Origin: a virus
Taxonomy: Duplodnaviria; Caudoviricetes
Reading direction: 5' to 3' (one strand)
Length of the DNA: 30,843 nucleotides
Virus record (IMG/VR): IMGVR_UViG_3300037045_000014
Location: 1-30,843 of that record
The stretch's first letter is position 1, and the number at the start of each line of letters is the position of its first letter. Positions 17,801-26,968 of this stretch are shown here, piece by piece. The notes under the pieces were generated by a model. The model made no database searches. It was not told the origin of the DNA and worked only from the letters and a program-made list of their open reading frames with translations. The position numbers and the translations under genes are program-made.

Positions 17801-19713
17801 CCATTAGTAATTCCAGCATTAGTAACACCATTTTCATCCATTATAACAGTTTGGCCATCTGCCCCTCTTATTAATAAACCATATTTAGAGCCATTTCCAT
17901 TAACATCCCCTAAAGATACTCTTTCAACTTGTCCAGATCCTATGCCAGTAAATACTTGTAATCTATTACCAGACATTTTTAAATTGCTGTTAGGCCCTGC
18001 TACAGTAACTTTTGAAGTATCTATAGTCCCTGCATTTACTTTAGCAGCATCTAAAGATGAAATCTGAGCTGAACCTATTGCACCATTAGCAATAATACCA
18101 GAGCCAGCTGTTATAGTTCCAGCCTTAATATTAGCAGCAGTAATATTTCCTGCTAACAATGTATCTATATTAGCTACATCTGCTTTTAGATTAGTTATAT
18201 CAGCATTAGCAGCAGTTAAATCAGTTACATTGGCTTTAGTAGCAGTAAGGTTGGTTATATTTGCATTAGTTACATTTAAGTCAGTTATATTAGCTTTAGT
18301 TGCTACCAGATTTTCAATAGAAGCATCTTTTGCTTTTAAGTTAGTAATCTCTGCATTAGTTGCAGTAAGATTATCTATTATAGCTCTATCTATTTGAGCA
18401 TCTTTAGCAACTAAATTATTTATCTTAGCATTAGCAGCATTTAATTCACCTATAGTTGCTTTATCAGCTACAAGATTTTCAGCCTCTACTTTTGCTGCTA
18501 TTAATACATCAGTTTTTATAGTTGTTAAATATTGTGTATCTATTTTTCCTTCTGTTATAGCTCCATCAGCTATATTGTCAGATGTTACTGGAAATTTTCC
18601 ACTTATTATTGCTTGGATTGTTTCAAGTGATAAGACACCACTTTTAACATCTTTAAAATTAGTTAATATACATTTATTTTTTGTATGATCTGTAAGACTT
18701 ATTTCTAATTTACCCACTCTAGCACTTAAATGTAATGCTGGAGCATAGTCATTATCTATTACATAAACTGTATCACCTATGTTTATTCCTTCTTCATCAC
18801 CCAGAATCATTTCTGTTTTAATATCATAAGTGAACTTAGGTTGTTTTCTTCTTTGTAGCTCATTCCATGTTAATCTTAATAGCTCTGCTGGTGATTCTGT
18901 ATTAAATTCAAAAGTACCAGTTATATGTGAGCCATTTTTATTCCATGTTTTATATGCTTCTTCATCTGCCACAAAATCTTGGTTAATAGGTTTTACTATA
19001 GGGCCAGTTCCAGCAACAGATTTAAAATCTATTCCATTTGCTCCTATACCTACTAAAGCAGTGCAAAACTCTGACATATCCACTTGTTTAGAGACACCAG
19101 AAACATTAACACCATATTCAAATCTTTTTTTAGTTTCTTTTCCTCTTTGGCTGTAAACATCTATGTATTTTCCTATGACTTGATTATGAGACATTACAGC
19201 TCTATATTCTATTTCTATACCATATACACTTAAATTGTCTTGAATTAATTTGTATACATTCATAGATTTATCTATATTTGTAGTTAATACATTAGTTATC
19301 CCAGCATCTACTATTCCTAGTTTCCAGTCAGTATCAGCCAGTATAGTTTCCATGAATTGTTTTATATTTGCAGCAGCTATTTCTCTTGGTCTTACTATTT
19401 CATTAATTAATTCTAGTCCTGCTACTTCACAATAACATGATTTATATAAACCTTCCTCATGCTCTTCTGTTGTTTCTAATATTTGAAATAATTTAGTTTT
19501 ATTTTTATATTTAAAAGCTACATATCCACCAGCTATTATATATTTACTTGTTCTTTCATTTGATAAAGTTGTAAATTCAAAAGTTTCAGCTCCAGTAGCC
19601 ATGTCTTGAACATATGAATCATCAAAAAAGGGACTCTTTGGTGAGTCCCCATTGTTACTAAGAACATCTATTACATGCATGTCCTTATTTAATATAAAAA
19701 TTGTATTAGTCAT
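14806..19713 (-). CDS. Tail spike / Tal-like central fibre protein (1635 aa)
   Basis: Prophage tail endopeptidase-like N-terminus (GDTVYVID...LSARV), ANITNL-type repeats, coiled coil, carbohydrate-binding-like domain (NLLYNGDF...QVEKGSVATEW), beta-helix-like region (GNDNNNG..SPLKTIQAA). Confidence 0.85.
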   Translation of the reverse strand: MTNTIFILNKDMHVIDVLSNNGDSPKSPFFDDSYVQDMATGAETFEFTTLSNERTSKYIIAGGYVAFKYKNKTKLFQILETTEEHEEGLYKSCYCEVAGLELINEIVRPREIAAANIKQFMETILADTDWKLGIVDAGITNVLTTNIDKSMNVYKLIQDNLSVYGIEIEYRAVMSHNQVIGKYIDVYSQRGKETKKRFEYGVNVSGVSKQVDMSEFCTALVGIGANGIDFKSVAGTGPIVKPINQDFVADEEAYKTWNKNGSHITGTFEFNTESPAELLRLTWNELQRRKQPKFTYDIKTEMILGDEEGINIGDTVYVIDNDYAPALHLSARVGKLEISLTDHTKNKCILTNFKDVKSGVLSLETIQAIISGKFPVTSDNIADGAITEGKIDTQYLTTIKTDVLIAAKVEAENLVADKATIGELNAANAKINNLVAKDAQIDRAIIDNLTATNAEITNLKAKDASIENLVATKANITDLNVTNANITNLTATKANVTDLTAANADITNLKADVANIDTLLAGNITAANIKAGTITAGSGIIANGAIGSAQISSLDAAKVNAGTIDTSKVTVAGPNSNLKMSGNRLQVFTGIGSGQVERVSLGDVNGNGSKYGLLIRGADGQTVIMDENGVTNAGITNGSITNEKISGTANIDGAKLNISSVVTKINAGTTSISGAKIDVNGTSLTTKLSTIDTTQTAQGQTITEHSSKIAANETAINLKVDSQTYQTDKTAMTTTLNKNTSDINLLNNEIALKVEQTDINTAKSELLGTMDTKINAAKSEIKVTTDAITQRVSSTETTVNTVTNTANTALTNANNANTLADSKAKVFTATPTVPYKVGDLWTQGTTGDVMKCKVARATGSYTASDWEKASKYTDDTTANTAKTTADSALSKANTNTTSIASTNSKVSTIETNLTSITSRVGTVESKQTTTDGKVTSLETRMTGAESKITDTAITNTVKANFYTKSETDTAITSKGYQTSSQVQQTVNALEIKFEESGGYNLLYNGDFKREFEKWNLNGTVDYATTCTCPNSIAVNILGALNTTKWITQNVNLDKNASNYTLSCWMYTSSTGADGTTNPFRKLYSNLVYTDGTASYPAVQNTKYDTWEKVSITFTKASGKQFNRLEVFGYVRDTTKRVYFSQIQVEKGSVATEWSPNPNEIYDGITTIDKDGITVKNNNSDTYTQIDSGSFRVENNTGGTIAEFSTTSNIPILKSGTITADAIYAPNIVNTQQSLTYYVNLSTGNDNNNGSSTSPLKTIQAALDNLYKFLEDDTTITIIISGTGSQEVRMRGFQGAGQIHLSFANGSKLYTSLFDIRECTCKVKIAGADTWSNSVGQIINGDTGSCIYVRTCSFVEIYHMCICGSGKGNGYAVTSVSGSTVYVNACEIDRFSSPIRAEYKGRISLFNTSGSDLDYLCTGSNFGEIYLQEGYGVVPNATYESNSTGASYYMIFGGDQGQTSGTINTRMNGAIYPPSYVPPAPPATTTNTRTWTFNKIWSDETLNGWSDKSELIQGYCSSWSTGRWTGYMQMTDDFAAIRTAIAGGTNLSGRIYIQRRTTSGNSVDSKLCLYGSDGTAITTSTLIDQGQGVWVALSAAIVAKIQSGAIKYFYLKADTNSAATYFKCESNAKIELTYTS

Positions 19714-19717
19714 TTAT

Positions 19718-21688
19718 TTATAGCCACCTCTCAGTTAATGTTACAGTAGAAAATATTTCAGCATCATCAGAATGAATTTTAATATTTGTATCACCAGAAC
19801 CTAGCTCAAAAAATTGTGAGCCTATATCTACATGTTGCATAAATGGTTCATCATTTAAATAAACCATGTTAGTGCTACAGTCTATTTCTAATTCATCCCC
19901 ATTCTTAAATATTTTTTGATTAACTGTTGAATCTACTGTATTTAATTGATTAATAGAAAGATGTGTTAATGTCATTTCTACTGGAGATTTGTCTTTAAAA
20001 GCTCCCATGTATAAAACTACATTATTTAAACTTCCTTTTGGATATGAATCAGAAACTAGATTTGCTGTATGAATTGTTGTAACAACTTTACCATCTTTTA
20101 TTTTATTTACTTCACAATACCATTGATGTTTTCCATTAATGGTTTTTCTTCTTACTTTGATATTTCCATAGAACTCATTCCATTTTCCATATTTTCCAGA
20201 TAAGTCATTTACAGTTACTTCTTCACCTTTATCATTTTTTTCTTTTTTAGTTAAAGGTTTTGGAACAGTTCCATCATCTTTTAAAACTATATTATTGCCT
20301 ATTTGTACTTGTGGATGTGTATATTCATACCATTCATTAGCATCTGTTAGCATCATTTTAAATAATTTCTGTCCATTAGAATCAAAGCCATAAAGTTCAA
20401 TTACTCCTAATTTATTGTCTGCTGTATCTTCTCCATTAAAAACAGTTGCACTTGCTGTTTGAGTTAAAGCTGTTAAATATTGAGTTGAAACATAGCCAGT
20501 ATATCCTTTATAAGTAGTTTTGCCCCAGCCTCCAGATATTTCTGATACATTTATTGATGTTCCATTAGGTATAGTTAATATTATTTTATAGCCAGTGCCT
20601 CTGCCACTTCTTAAATTAAGATTTGCTGTAGTTCTATGAGTTGAATTTACAGCAGCTACCAGCTTTAAATACTGCATAGAACAATAACCAGTAATGTTTT
20701 TATAAGTAACTTTACCCCAGCCAGATGCTATGTCAGTTACAGTTATTTTAGTTCCACTTGGCATTGTAGTTAAAACTTTATTGCTTGTGCCTCTGCCACT
20801 TCTAATATTTAAATTTGCTGTTGTTTGATATTGAGAATTAGATGGAGTATTTAAATTATTAGATACATTTTTACCTTTGGAATCATGTTCAAAAGTAGCA
20901 ACTACTTCAAAATCTTGTACATTAGTCCCCAGATTCCTTCTAACAGCTGGCCCATGCCACTTTTGATCTGTAGTTGTACCAAAATTGCTGGCTTTAATTC
21001 CATAGCCACCACTATTTATAGTAACTCCACCTTCTACTAATCTATCTGTATCAACTACATTCCCAGCAGAAAGCCAGCTAGTAGTTACCTCACATGGATC
21101 TTGAAGATGTAAAGTTTTATTAGCTTGTGAATTTTTGTCTGCATTAGTCCATTCTCCTATCAAAACTGCTTTTCCAGTATCAGCATTAGTTACTTGAACA
21201 AAGTGTGCATCTTTAGAAAAGTTAGTTTTAATTATTGGATATGCATCTGTAGTTCCATCATTTTTAGCAGTAATCAAATTAGTTCCTTCAAATAGTTTAT
21301 ATTCATTAGAATAAATCATTGGATCATAACAAGTAAAATTTACTTTACCTTCTCCAACTCCTACAGATATTTCATCTATTTCAACTTTTCCATCTGGTAC
21401 AGAATAATAATATGAAAGTTCATCACCCAGATATAGCCTAGAAGGTGCATCTACATCTAATGCATTGGCTATATCTGTTACATATTGGCTGTATTCATAT
21501 GAGTTGTCTGGTCTTACTATAAAAGTAATTTCTATTTCTCTTGTCCCATATTTAAAGCCATTGTATAGTTCTCCATGTCTTGATGGAATATCTATAGATA
21601 TATTTTTTCTATTTGGAATGGCAGAAGTATTAACTGTTCTTACTTGGAACAAGTCAGATAATATAATTCCTGCATATTTAACATACAT
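19718..21688 (-). CDS. Distal tail protein (Dit) with two inserted SH3b domains
   Basis: Follows the tape measure gene; Dit-like ends (FTCYDP, FFELGSG); two ANLNxRSGRG..GW.K..Y....GY SH3b repeats; likely start 21688 (RBS AGGAGG). Confidence 0.85.
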   Translation of the reverse strand: MYVKYAGIILSDLFQVRTVNTSAIPNRKNISIDIPSRHGELYNGFKYGTREIEITFIVRPDNSYEYSQYVTDIANALDVDAPSRLYLGDELSYYYSVPDGKVEIDEISVGVGEGKVNFTCYDPMIYSNEYKLFEGTNLITAKNDGTTDAYPIIKTNFSKDAHFVQVTNADTGKAVLIGEWTNADKNSQANKTLHLQDPCEVTTSWLSAGNVVDTDRLVEGGVTINSGGYGIKASNFGTTTDQKWHGPAVRRNLGTNVQDFEVVATFEHDSKGKNVSNNLNTPSNSQYQTTANLNIRSGRGTSNKVLTTMPSGTKITVTDIASGWGKVTYKNITGYCSMQYLKLVAAVNSTHRTTANLNLRSGRGTGYKIILTIPNGTSINVSEISGGWGKTTYKGYTGYVSTQYLTALTQTASATVFNGEDTADNKLGVIELYGFDSNGQKLFKMMLTDANEWYEYTHPQVQIGNNIVLKDDGTVPKPLTKKEKNDKGEEVTVNDLSGKYGKWNEFYGNIKVRRKTINGKHQWYCEVNKIKDGKVVTTIHTANLVSDSYPKGSLNNVVLYMGAFKDKSPVEMTLTHLSINQLNTVDSTVNQKIFKNGDELEIDCSTNMVYLNDEPFMQHVDIGSQFFELGSGDTNIKIHSDDAEIFSTVTLTERWL

Positions 21689-21689
21689 C

Positions 21690-24227
21690 TTATAGCACAC
21701 CTCCTAGTCTATTTCTTCTTGTGTTTATTTTGTTAATTGCCCCATCAGTATATTTGGCAGTTTGACTTGCAATTGTTTTACTATCTAAATAAATTGCTGT
21801 TGTCATGTGTTGGTTATTTGAATTGGAATTTTTACCACTAGATACAGCAGCTCCAGATGCAGATACACCATGAGGCATAACAGCAAAACTTCTTAGCATA
21901 GCTGGCTTAGATACAGTAGAAACTGTAGTAGTTTTGGAAATGTTTATTTTTGAATTAATAGGCTTGCTTAAAGCACTTCTTAATCTATTAAAATCAGATA
22001 TTGCAGAATTTACAGCACCTTTTATATTAATAGCACTTCTAACTGTATTCATGTTACCTTGTACAGCATAAGATAAACTTCTAATAGAGTTACTAGCTCC
22101 ATTATATAAGTTACTAAATTGGTTTCTACCTACATTAGCTAAATTTACAAAAGAAGTTTTACAGCCATTATACATAGAGCTGCAAGCTGTTCTTGCATTA
22201 TTTGCCATGCTGCTAAATGAAGTAGATACTCCATTGTACATTGAACTCATAGAAGATCTTGCTACATTTGCTAGACTGCTAAAAGAAACTTTTGCACCAT
22301 TATACATGTTAGTTGCTGACTGCTGTAATGCTTGTGTAGCTGCTGCCATTTCTTGTGCTGCTGCTGGTGATAATTGAGCTAAACCTTCTTTAGCTCCATC
22401 TGTTGTTGCTTGTCCTACTTCTTTACCTTTAGCCTTTGCAGTCTCTTTAGCACCAGCTGTAGATTCATTAACTGCTGTATCTACAGTAGCTTTAACACCT
22501 TCTTTATTAGTATTAATTCCTTCTTTAACACCATCAGAAAACTGCTGACCAGTTTTAGTACCTTCTGCTTTTGGCTGTTCCCCTTGTTGTTTAATAAGGT
22601 TATCTACTATAGTTTTAACTTCAGGACTTAATTCAGCTATTTTTGTTTTAACACCATTGATATATGCATAACCAGATTCTTGACCATTGACTTGAATACT
22701 TGTAAAAGTATCTTTAGAAAATAAAGACTGTGTTAATGAAGGGCCTTTGCCAGTAAATACTTGACCACTAGAAGAAAGCCATGCTGTAGCAGCCTCAGCT
22801 CCTGCTTTAGATGCATCAGCTTTTGCTGGAGCCCAATAATTATCATTCATTGGTTTATACTTACTTCCAGCCTGCCAGATACCTTCCCAGACACCTCTTA
22901 TAAATTCTCCACCAACTTCTAAACCTGCTTGAAATATCATAGTTTTATAGTCTAAAAATAAATCAACAGCTGTTCTTGTTATATTATAAACTGCACTATG
23001 TAAAGCATCTTTATTGTTTTCTAGACCAGTTCTAATAGCATTTATAATAGTTCTTCCAGTAGCCTCTATAGCTGGCATGTTTTGATTTATCCATGATGTT
23101 ACTTGTCCTATTAAACTTGTTATCCCAGCACTTATATTGCCTTTATTTATTTCTATTCCTTTTGCTATGTTTTGGACTATAGCTCCACCAGCAGCCATTA
23201 TAGCTGGTAAACTACTGTTAATAAAACCAGTAATACCACTAATCATTTGACCCATAGCTTTTGGAATACTGTCAGACATTTGAATTATTTTGTCAGATAT
23301 ATATTTAGTCATATAATCTATAGCAGCCATTAAGCCTTGATCTGCTAATATATTTTTAGTTTGATCTAATGCAGCTCCAAAATCTTTAATGGATGCTATA
23401 GCTGGCCCTAGCATATTTGCACCCAGAACAGCTAAAAATTCTTTGAATGAGAATTTTAAATTACCTATAACATTTTCTAAATTGTCTGCTTCTCTTGCAG
23501 CTTGTCCCATTGCTCCAGATTCTTTATAAATCTTTCCAGATATATCAAGCATTAAGTTTTGTTTTTCTGCTTCTGTAAGCTTTTGCCACTTCTTACCATA
23601 CTTATCCATTGCAGCTGTATTTCTTTGAGATTCAGAAGTAAATAGACCTATAGAGTCCCCAGCCTCAGTATTACCTCTAATAAAACTTCTAAGTTTTAAA
23701 ACAGCATCTTCTAAAGGAATGTTATAAGCAGCTGCTGCATCAGCAGCCAGTCTCATACCTTTTTCAGTTAGTCCCAGTGCTTCTTTTGATTCAATACCAG
23801 AACCTTTTAACTGCATGAACATATCTGTAAAGCCTTGCTTTAATCTACCAGAAACAACACCAGTTTCTTTGGCCATCTTATCCATTGCTTTAGTAGCAGT
23901 ATCAGTTAAACTTCCAAAAGTCTGCTTAAACATGGAATCCAGAGCTTGGAACTCCCCAGCCATATTTACAGCAGCAGCAGTTATTCCACCTACAGCAGCA
24001 CCTATTTTAATAGATGCACTTACAACAGCTTTAGCAGTATTAGCAAACCATTTAATTGATTCAGTCCCTAATTTTACATATGCTTTAGCAGCTCCAGCAA
24101 CTACTTTTCCTATGCTTTCTACTTTACTTTTAAAGTCAGTTACAGCAGCCATTGCATCTTTTAAACCAGATTTAAATGCAGCAGCATCTAAAGATAATCT
24201 AATCATCATGTTTCTATTATTAGACAT
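21690..24227 (-). CDS. Tape measure protein
   Basis: 845 aa, Ala/Gly-rich helical protein with 22-aa MYNG repeats near the C-terminus; follows the tail chaperones. Confidence 0.92.
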   Translation of the reverse strand: MSNNRNMMIRLSLDAAAFKSGLKDAMAAVTDFKSKVESIGKVVAGAAKAYVKLGTESIKWFANTAKAVVSASIKIGAAVGGITAAAVNMAGEFQALDSMFKQTFGSLTDTATKAMDKMAKETGVVSGRLKQGFTDMFMQLKGSGIESKEALGLTEKGMRLAADAAAAYNIPLEDAVLKLRSFIRGNTEAGDSIGLFTSESQRNTAAMDKYGKKWQKLTEAEKQNLMLDISGKIYKESGAMGQAAREADNLENVIGNLKFSFKEFLAVLGANMLGPAIASIKDFGAALDQTKNILADQGLMAAIDYMTKYISDKIIQMSDSIPKAMGQMISGITGFINSSLPAIMAAGGAIVQNIAKGIEINKGNISAGITSLIGQVTSWINQNMPAIEATGRTIINAIRTGLENNKDALHSAVYNITRTAVDLFLDYKTMIFQAGLEVGGEFIRGVWEGIWQAGSKYKPMNDNYWAPAKADASKAGAEAATAWLSSSGQVFTGKGPSLTQSLFSKDTFTSIQVNGQESGYAYINGVKTKIAELSPEVKTIVDNLIKQQGEQPKAEGTKTGQQFSDGVKEGINTNKEGVKATVDTAVNESTAGAKETAKAKGKEVGQATTDGAKEGLAQLSPAAAQEMAAATQALQQSATNMYNGAKVSFSSLANVARSSMSSMYNGVSTSFSSMANNARTACSSMYNGCKTSFVNLANVGRNQFSNLYNGASNSIRSLSYAVQGNMNTVRSAINIKGAVNSAISDFNRLRSALSKPINSKINISKTTTVSTVSKPAMLRSFAVMPHGVSASGAAVSSGKNSNSNNQHMTTAIYLDSKTIASQTAKYTDGAINKINTRRNRLGGVL

Positions 24228-24597
24228 TATTTATTTCACCTACCTTGTTGTTTTCAAATACATTTAATAGGTAGTTTAATTCTTCTTTTTTCTTTTCTGG
24301 ATCTATTTTTTGTCTGCTGTTTTTTTCTTTAGAATCATTAAATAGGTTTAATTCTTTAAACTTTTTACCAGCTTTAATGTATCCATATGCATTATAAGAA
24401 GCAGTAAAAGTTATATTATACATTGCTCTTTGTCTATTCTCATAACCATTGATTATTAAGCCAATTTCATATGGATTAGAATTATAAAATGATTCTGGAG
24501 CTATTCCTATTTCTCCAACAGCAAAAGTATATAATCCAGATATGTATTCTAAAAAAGAAGAGGGAGACTCTACAGCCTCCCTAGTATCTACTTTCCC
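24220..24597 (-). CDS. Tail assembly chaperone extension (gpT-like), reached by -1 frameshift
   Basis: The -1 frame is open from GGG AAA at 24597 (GKVDTREAVESPSSFLEYISGLYTFAVGEIGIAPESFYNSNPYEI...) through the 67-aa ORF to the stop at 24220. Confidence 0.8.
   Translation of the reverse strand, partial: GKVDTREAVESPSSFLEYISGLYTFAVGEIGIAPESFYNSNPYEIGLIINGYENRQRAMYNITFTASYNAYGYIKAGKKFKELNLFNDSKEKNSRQKIDPEKKKEELNYLLNVFENNKVGEINNV
24561..24597 (-). other. Programmed -1 ribosomal frameshift site (GGGAAAG plus stem-loop)
   Basis: G GGA AAG at 24591-24597 just before the chaperone stop codon; hairpin AGGGAGGCT-GTAG-AGTCTCCCT at 24561-24582. Confidence 0.8.
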
Positions 24598-24902
24598 TTA
24601 TCAGAATTTGATTGTCCCATTGCTTTAGTTAATGCAGTTGTAATTTTTTCAGTCATTTCTGCCATGTCTCCACCTTCTTCTAAGAACTCAGACATTATTT
24701 CTCCTGCTTTTTCTAATGTTAAATCTTTTTTATAATATCTCATTAAAGCATAATAAAATAATTCTCTAAAAGTAGATATAGTAAATGCTTCATTGTCTAA
24801 ATTCATTACATCAAAACCATTTGCATCCATTAAGCATAATGTATTTATATCAAATGCTAATAAATAGTCTTTATTATTTATTTTTATTACTGTATTTGTC
24901 AT
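24588..24902 (-). CDS. Tail assembly chaperone (gpG-like)
   Basis: Between the tail tube and tape measure genes; INNKDYLLAFDINTL N-terminus; ends at the slippery site. Confidence 0.85.
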   Translation of the reverse strand: MTNTVIKINNKDYLLAFDINTLCLMDANGFDVMNLDNEAFTISTFRELFYYALMRYYKKDLTLEKAGEIMSEFLEEGGDMAEMTEKITTALTKAMGQSNSDKGK

Positions 24903-24939
24903 GTGTTTGTTCTCCTACTCATTTTTAAATTTCTGTATT

Positions 24940-24968
24940 AAAAAAACTGCTATACTCCTAGCAGTTTA
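24940..24968 (-). terminator. Terminator after the tail tube gene
   Basis: AAACTGCTA-GGAGTA-TAGCAGTTT followed by TTTT. Confidence 0.75.
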
Positions 24969-24971
24969 TTA

Positions 24972-25376
24972 TTATGGTACTGGAACTATTTCTGTTAAAG
25001 CTCCAACACCTTCAAAATCCATAGAATATGTCATTGCATCATCATATGGAGCATCTATAGATAAAGTTGTTATTATAGCAGATCCAGTATATCCTATTGT
25101 TTTTCCTTCATCAGATAATCTTATTGTTACAGCAGTTCCAGCATTAAAAGCAGCTACAGCAGCTTTATATCCAGTATCACTTATAAAACATATACCTTCA
25201 CAACTTGAAGTCCATGATTTAGCACCACTTATTTTAGCAGTCCAGTCTCCAGTTGTTTTAGTTGATACATCTAATGTTTCAGAAGTCATTTCTATAGATG
25301 CACCTCTTTGTCCACCTATTGCAGTTTCCCCCACATATATCATAAGGTCTAAACCTCTTTTTGCTTCATTTGCCAT
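24972..25376 (-). CDS. Major tail (tube) protein, TP901-1-like
   Basis: IGGQRGA, DVSTKTTGDW...GAKSWT and IDAPYDDAMTYS..FEGVGAL motifs. Confidence 0.92.
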   Translation of the reverse strand: MANEAKRGLDLMIYVGETAIGGQRGASIEMTSETLDVSTKTTGDWTAKISGAKSWTSSCEGICFISDTGYKAAVAAFNAGTAVTIRLSDEGKTIGYTGSAIITTLSIDAPYDDAMTYSMDFEGVGALTEIVPVP

Positions 25377-25427
25377 GTTTGTTAATTCCTCTCTAGTTAG
25401 TTTTTTTGCATAAAAAAAGAGCCATGT

Positions 25428-25811
25428 TTAATAGCTCTTGATTTCAAATATTAGTACACCATGATAGATAGTGCCTTTGTTTGGTATGTCTTTAGGTAAC
25501 ATTGCTTTCATATCTTCTGTAATTACTGTTGAATGTTCTAAAGAAATCATATAGCCATTTATAATAGCTCCATCTAATAGAATTTCTATGTCTTGGATAA
25601 TTTCTTTAACTTCTTTAGAACCTTTATAATTAGAAAAAATATCTATATATTGCATTGTCCTATGTCCTTTTGATGTTTTAGTTTTATTAGGACTACTGAA
25701 AGTGCTACTAATTCTTACAAAAGGAAATGGAGCATCTTCTTTAACATAGTCATAAACATCATAAGGAAGTTTATTTAATTCATCATATATAATTTTTTGT
25801 ACATCTAGCAT
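25428..25811 (-). CDS. Tail terminator / DUF3168-like protein
   Basis: VYDYVKEDAPFPFV, IDIFS..KG..EVK and YHGVL motifs; position before the tail tube gene. Confidence 0.82.
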   Translation of the reverse strand: MLDVQKIIYDELNKLPYDVYDYVKEDAPFPFVRISSTFSSPNKTKTSKGHRTMQYIDIFSNYKGSKEVKEIIQDIEILLDGAIINGYMISLEHSTVITEDMKAMLPKDIPNKGTIYHGVLIFEIKSY

Positions 25812-26165
25812 TTATAACAGCCTCCTTATTATCCTGCTTACTTGGTTTTCAAACTTTTCTATATGTTTATCATAAGCTGGGTTCAAATAAGGTTTTGCTG
25901 CCATCTTATATGTTCCATACTCTACATAATCTGCATATTCTACATTAGTTCCTACTTCTGCTTCTGGATTAGTTTCACTTGGTTTAAAGTCAGTAGTTAT
26001 AGAACCTCTTAGCCTTCCAGTATCTACTGGAGCAGCTAACTTAGCAGATCTTTCTATATTAAAAGCTGTATCTCTTACTGCTATATTTAATTCTGGCATT
26101 ATCTCAGTTGCATCTTCAAGACTAGCCAGAACATCTGCTATATCTAAATTCATTCTTATCTTCAT
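25812..26165 (-). CDS. HK97 gp10-like tail completion protein
   Basis: AKLAAPVDTGRLRGSI...VEYADYVEYGT..MAAKPYL motif. Confidence 0.92.
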   Translation of the reverse strand: MKIRMNLDIADVLASLEDATEIMPELNIAVRDTAFNIERSAKLAAPVDTGRLRGSITTDFKPSETNPEAEVGTNVEYADYVEYGTYKMAAKPYLNPAYDKHIEKFENQVSRIIRRLL

Positions 26166-26461
26166 TATTTATCTATCTCCATAATGTATAGCATTACTTT
26201 TCCATAATCAGTGAATGTCATATACTTGTATGTCACATCTTTATAATTAATAGCAAAGTCCTGCAAATCTATTTTATTTTTAGTAAATAACTTAATAACT
26301 TGATGGTTAATTTCTCTTCCACCAGATATTATATTTTCTATAGTTATAGGAGCTAGAGCAGCTTTAATAGTAGAGTGTTTTATATATTCATTAGTTACAC
26401 CACCATAGCCATCAGAAGTAGATATATTTGAATAAACATCTATATTATTATTAAAATTCAT
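26165..26461 (-). CDS. Head-closure / head-tail adaptor protein
   Basis: SDGYGG motif; between the connector and gp10-like genes. Confidence 0.75.
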   Translation of the reverse strand: MNFNNNIDVYSNISTSDGYGGVTNEYIKHSTIKAALAPITIENIISGGREINHQVIKLFTKNKIDLQDFAINYKDVTYKYMTFTDYGKVMLYIMEIDK

Positions 26462-26770
26462 TTATAAAGTCCTTAATCTCTTTTTATTAGATGCTTTATA
26501 CTCATTTAATATAGAGCTATATTCAGATAATGGAGCATCTTCAAAGTCATTCTTAATAACATCTATTGATTCTGCTTTTAATCCTTCTGAGCCTATTTTT
26601 CTAAATCTTTTAATGGCTATTTCTTCTGCTATCCATGCTAGTTTGGCTGGCAGAGTTTCTTGTGTAACATATAAGCAAATTAAATTAGATGCATCTTCTA
26701 AAAGCATAGTCAATAATGCATCTTGGTTATTATCAGTTATAGATAATTTTAATTTAATTCTAGTAAGCAT
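26462..26770 (-). CDS. Head-tail connector protein (SPP1 gp15-like)
   Basis: IKLKL.I....QDALL...LP..L.WI..E.AIKRF.KIGSEG..ES motif. Confidence 0.88.
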   Translation of the reverse strand: MLTRIKLKLSITDNNQDALLTMLLEDASNLICLYVTQETLPAKLAWIAEEIAIKRFRKIGSEGLKAESIDVIKNDFEDAPLSEYSSILNEYKASNKKRLRTL

Positions 26771-26895
26771 TATTTTTCACCAGCTTTCTTAGTAGCTGGC
26801 TTTTTAGGTTTAGGCTCTTTTGGTACTTCTATTTTAATTTCTGGTTCAACTTCTAATGGTTGTACTCTTCTTCTTCTAAATAGTCCTATGCCCAT
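26770..26895 (-). CDS. 41-aa basic, Pro-rich protein after the capsid gene
   Basis: MGIGLFRRRRVQPLEVEPEIKIEVPKEPKPKKPATKKAGEK*; RBS GAAAGGA; TAATG coupling to the connector gene. Confidence 0.7.
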   Translation of the reverse strand: MGIGLFRRRRVQPLEVEPEIKIEVPKEPKPKKPATKKAGEK

Positions 26896-26915
26896 TCTTA
26901 TCAGTCCTTTCTAAT

Positions 26916-26940
26916 AAAAAAAGAGGCTGATATGAGCCTC
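26916..26940 (-). terminator. Terminator after the major capsid gene
   Basis: GAGGCT-CATATC-AGCCTC followed by TTTTTTT. Confidence 0.8.
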
Positions 26941-26968
26941 TAATTTACTTATGTCTATTTAATTGTAA

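Noticed and set aside
22075-22310. 22-aa MYNG repeats as a novel repeat element
   Set aside because: This is ordinary 11/22-residue periodicity of tape measure proteins.
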